Part shown: in pieces, positions 60,018-64,000 of the stretch
Layout: each line of letters begins with the position of its first letter
Numbering within the stretch: position 1 is the first letter of the stretch
Source: Lingula anatina
Taxonomy: Eukaryota > Animalia > Brachiopoda
NCBI GenBank assembly: GCA_051362555.1
Contig: CM120640.1
Span: 41,270,788 to 41,334,787, forward strand
Length of the DNA stretch: 64,000 bases
Reading direction: 5' to 3'
The notes under the pieces: model-generated
What the model saw: the letters and a program-made list of their open reading frames with translations, nothing else
Database searches by the model: none
Told to the model about the DNA's origin: nothing
Position numbers and translations under genes: made by a program

Positions 60018-60699
60018 GTCGGGCGCCGGAAACAAGTCACCGTTACCGCTTCTCCTCCTAGACCGCCAGGACCTGTGTCCCCATCTCTTGGATTTAGGTC
60101 ACATATAATCTCAACTTGAACACCCTGGTTTTTTTGTCTCTGTCGGTGCATTGGCCTGGGCGTGACACTTGTTGAAACGCACCCTTGTCAAAATTTTTGA
60201 AAATTCAAGGCTAAATATCTCCCAAACCAAAGGAATTATGGGAAAAATTACTACAGAAGTCTGACCGAAAGTCATATCTGGAGATTCCAAATATGCCCTT
60301 TGATTTGACTTTTGACCTTTTTTTCAAGGTCAAACAAGCCAAAATTTTCTAAAAATGGGAATTTTCTGCAAAAAAATATTTGTTTGTGCTATTTTTTGGA
60401 AACTACACAGATCTAAGCTCTCCTGTTACAGTGAGGGGTTACAATTGGGGACTCCTTTCATCTTTGGGAGTTTGGGGTCAATCGGTGCATTTTCACGGGA
60501 GAAGCAGCCATTAGATACCGAAACTGAAAGCCTTTATTCTGGAATGGTAAATGCCAGAGACCTTTTGTTCATCGCACTTTGTAGAACTTGTCAAGTGCAA
60601 TACTGGAGGTGGTGTCCATTTTTTTGTTTTCGATATGGTTTAGGCATTGCGCTATAACAAAAATTACAACATCGCAATATTCAGTGGGGAAAATGTTAA

Positions 60700-61430
60700 A
60701 TATTCCAAAACTGGCAGAGATACGCCCATAGTTACTATTGAACTTGAATAGGAAGTTATATACAAGTAATCTAACTGTGACCTTTAAATTGACCTTTGAC
60801 CTACTTTTCACCATGAACTGAACTTTGCAAATTTTCTAGCCCTTATATCTCCAAAACTGGCAGAGATACACCCATAGTTACTATTGAACTTTAATAGGAA
60901 GTTATATACTGGTAATCTTACTGTGACCTTTAAATTGACCTTTGACATACTTTTCACCATGAACTGAACTTTGCAAATTTTCCAGCCCTTATATCTCCAA
61001 AACTGGCAGAGATACACCCATAGTTACTGTTGAACTTGAATAGGAAGTCATATACTGGCATTCTTATTGTGACCTTGAAATTGACGTACTTTTCAACATG
61101 AACTGAACTTTGCAAATTTTCTATCCCTTTTATCTCGAAAACTGGCAGAGATAGGTCCAAAGTTACTATTGAACTTGAATAGGAAGTCATATACTGGCAA
61201 TCTTACTGTGACCTTGAAATTGACCTTTGACCTACTATTTATGATGAACTGCACTTTGCATGTTTCCTGGCCTTCATATCTCCAACATTGGCAAAGAAAT
61301 GCCCATAGCTACTATTAAACTTATATAGGAAGTCATATACTGTGACCTTAAAATTGACCTTTGACCTACTTTTTTACCTCAAACTGAACTCTGCATATTT
61401 TCTTGCACTAGCAGAGATCTGCCCAGTGTT
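60700..61430. repeat. tandem array of ~146-bp units, ~5 copies
   Basis: ccaaaactggcagagat-type anchor recurs at 60705, 60851, 60997, 61136, 61282; shared tgacctttgacctact motif. Confidence 0.92.
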
Positions 61431-63087
61431 GTCCCTAGGTTTTCTCTTTTGTCAGCATTCCGGTATATGCATTACTGATAATGCATTTCAAGGAAAACCA
61501 ATAGGCCTATTGTCTAGAAAATCACAGGAGTGATCAGTGTTAGGAAAATACAGGTTAATTAGGACATCTCCTTGATTGGACCATTTTAACTGTTGTTTTT
61601 TTGATTTTTTTTTTTTTTCATATTTTGAGAACTCTTGTTTATTGCATTTTATAGAGCTTGTCAAGCACAAGACTGGTGGTGGTGTCCAATTTTTTTTTTT
61701 TTTTTTTTTTGGGGGGGGGGGGAGTCCATACGAATGCGCTTACTCCAGCTGGTGGTACAATATTCAGAGGCGGTATCGCCTCTCTGATCCTCTAGTTTAC
61801 GTTCAAATTTTATTTCATCGTTATCTTGCATTATGTCGTTAACGTTATTTTCATATTTCAGAGCTGCCATTTCCTCCGCCGAGATGCCGCAAGATGCATA
61901 TGCGACTGACAGGAGCTTTCCTTGTTTTCGACCACACGCTGACACACTTACATGTACAAATTGTATGGACAAATCGTGCTTGATCTTACTGTGATTTTCA
62001 AAAATTTTATGTCTACATTTAAATTTTTTGCATACTGCAACGGTCGAACAATTTTGTTTTCCAGTTATATCTTAGATTGATTATGTTCTTTTTCAAATTA
62101 TACTTTGGGACAAGCACGGATGTTTTGAATTTTGACACATAATGTTATGTCGATCAACTGCCGTGTCATTTGCGACTACTACTTAAATTGTAAAATTTTA
62201 TTTCCATGATTTAAGTGACACTTGTGAGCGACAACAATTTTGCCTGAATAAATCTGCCTTTTGAGGGATCTAAATGACACAAAACTGAAAGTGATATTGA
62301 TATACACTAAAATTTCGAAACTTATTATGTACTTGATTTGAAAATTTTCAAATAAGAAATAAGAAATTGATTTAAAAGTTTGTAAATTGAAAAATTAGAC
62401 ATTAACGAATGTCTCTGTGCTAGGAGGTTGATAAGATGCAGCCTAACCAAAGAAGTTCGTAAACATAAAATTGTTCTTCAATAATTAAAATGCTATTTAA
62501 TGGTAAAATCTTAAGTGTATATGAAAATACAACGAATGGTGGCTGCATAATCCATTAATACTTGGTTAAAATATCTACCTTAGCTAATATGGTTATTTAA
62601 AAATTATTCAAAATAACGATGTTTACGAACTTTTTTGGCCGTAATAAGATATTCCTGAAGCCATGTATGCTAGAATTTTAATCCTCATTCTTAGAAGAAT
62701 TGTTCAATTGCAGGGCTAATGTGTTAAAATGGCAAACTAAGGTGGATCACAATTTTCGTATCTGTATACTTTGAACCAAACTCTTACCAATTCTGCTATG
62801 AGCCCGTTCAATTTCTTTGTTAACTTTTAATCTATTTTTTCTTTAATTTTTTTTATTACGTATGTACTCTACTATATTAATATTTCAATATCGCTCCATT
62901 TTTTCCATTGGATTTTGGAGCCAAATCCGAGATGAAAGAAATGTAACTTTCAAAGATTGGCTATTATTCTTCAAGAAAAGTGCATTTAGAATCTTAGTTT
63001 AATACTTTTACTACTTGTCATAATTTTACCATTTTGAGTGTATTTAAAGGAAGTAATTTTACATTCAGTTAACAAAAATGTGCATGC

Positions 63088-63162
63088 TTATATTATATAT
63101 TATATTATATTATATTATATTATATTATATTTATACTTATATTATACGCTTATATTATACGC
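63088..63162. repeat. (TATAT)n microsatellite plus a short duplication
   Basis: Direct reading: tatattatattatat... followed by two copies of ttatattatacgc. Confidence 0.9.
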
Positions 63163-63393
63163 TATAGAATAAAACGAAAGAAAAAGTACATTCTATATAC
63201 GGACTCAAAATGTGCAATATTGTTTTTGCATAGTATGAATTGACACTTAAGGTCACAAAGCAGTCTTTTATAAAGTTCATTTATAGTTTTCACATATTTT
63301 TTGCCTTCATGTTTGTTTTTGTTCGCCACGGTTTTAGAAATAAAATATTCAAAGACCATTTTGTTTTAAGTTTATTTGTGGGGCAAGTTAATC

Positions 63394-63920
63394 GAGGGTT
63401 GACAGGTGGGGCGAGTCCATTTTGTCAGAGGGGGGAAAGGTGGGGCGAGTCTATTTTGTCAGAGGGGTGACAGGTGGGGCGAGTCCATTACACTGGAGGG
63501 GTGAGAGGTAGGGCGAGTCCATTACACTGGAGGGGTGACAGGTGGGGCGAGTCCATTTTGTCAGAGGGGTGACAGGTGGGGCGAATTCATTACACTGGAG
63601 GGGTGACAGGTGGGGCGAGTCCATTACACTGGAGGGGTGACAGGTGGGACGAGTCCATTTCACTTGAGGGGTGACAGGTGGGGCGAGTCCATTACACTGG
63701 AGGGGTGACAGGTGGGGCGAGTCCATTACACTGGAGGGGTGGCAGGTGGGGCGAGTCCATTTTGTCAGAGGGGTGGCAGGTGGGTTGAGTCCATTATACT
63801 GGGGGTGGCAGGTGGGGCGCGTCCATTTCACTTGAGGGGTGACAGGTGGGGCGAGTCCATTTTGTCAGAGGGGTGGCAGGTGGGTCGAGTCCATTATACT
63901 GGAGGGGTGACAGGTGGGTC
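63394..63920. repeat. G-rich 34-bp minisatellite, ~15 copies
   Basis: Unit gaggggtgacaggtggggcgagtccattacactg with recurring variants ttttgtca/tttcactt/ttatactg. Confidence 0.95.
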
Positions 63921-64000
63921 ACTGCACATTACACATGTACAGGACAGTTCAATCAAAAAAGAAAAAAAATGCAATACATGCAATAAGTGCAGTAGCAGCG

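Larger units (their letters stand above)
59912..61797 (+). mobile_element. non-autonomous Helentron/HINE-like element with internal tandem array
   Basis: 5' hairpin agtaccaccagcgtatacgctggcggtact; inverted 11-bp subterminal copy gctggtggtac at 61748-61758; 3' stem-loop agaggcg-gtat-cgcctct then ctagtt; internal GC-rich 18-mer repeat and 146-bp array. Confidence 0.72.

Noticed and set aside
59905-60151. Pro/Ala-rich ORFs (APPAPAAPPAPAAP / AEPQEPAEPQEP)
   Set aside because: They arise from the 18-bp GC-rich repeat inside the Helentron-like element.
60569-61533. Similar short ORFs (MVKSRSKVNLKVTVRL...)
   Set aside because: They are translations of the 146-bp tandem units, with frames broken between copies.
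61661-61972. Minus-strand ORF as a gene disrupted by the Helentron-like insertion
   Set aside because: Removing the element and rejoining the flanks gave early stops in the junction registers I tried; no homology recognised.
63394-63920. CRISPR-like array or repetitive protein ORF (63451-63831, minus strand)
   Set aside because: Variable segments are only ~8 nt and are reused, there are no cas genes, and the context is eukaryotic; the ORF is a by-product of the repeat.

Overview
AT-rich eukaryotic (invertebrate, probably lophotrochozoan/mollusc-like; inferred from the repeat types, not proven) genomic DNA, not prokaryotic. Positions 626-55907 hold the 3' half of a single + strand dystrophin (DMD/utrophin family) gene. 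I could chain 42 coding exons by hand with consistent splice phases and no stops. They run from the human exon-33 equivalent through the spectrin-repeat rod, WW, EF-hand, ZZ, syntrophin-binding and coiled-coil regions to a stop at 55907, then a ~1.5 kb 3' UTR. Many exon sizes equal the human DMD sizes as I recall them. Not explained by the main gene model: a tandemly duplicated syntrophin-binding-site exon (72a/72b), a phase-consistent three-exon alternative N-terminus hidden in the 11 kb intron 55 (the Dp116 intron), further candidate internal first exons and in-frame cassette/micro-exons, a GC-AG intron, a 16-nt displaced intron and the ancestral 'exon-78-skipped' C-terminus. Repeats include a 250-bp foldback element, two MITEs, a ~1.9 kb Helentron/HINE-like element carrying a 146-bp tandem array, and a G-rich 34-bp minisatellite. 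No CRISPR array, RNA gene or autonomous transposon was seen. All alternative-exon calls are sequence-only predictions that need RNA evidence.
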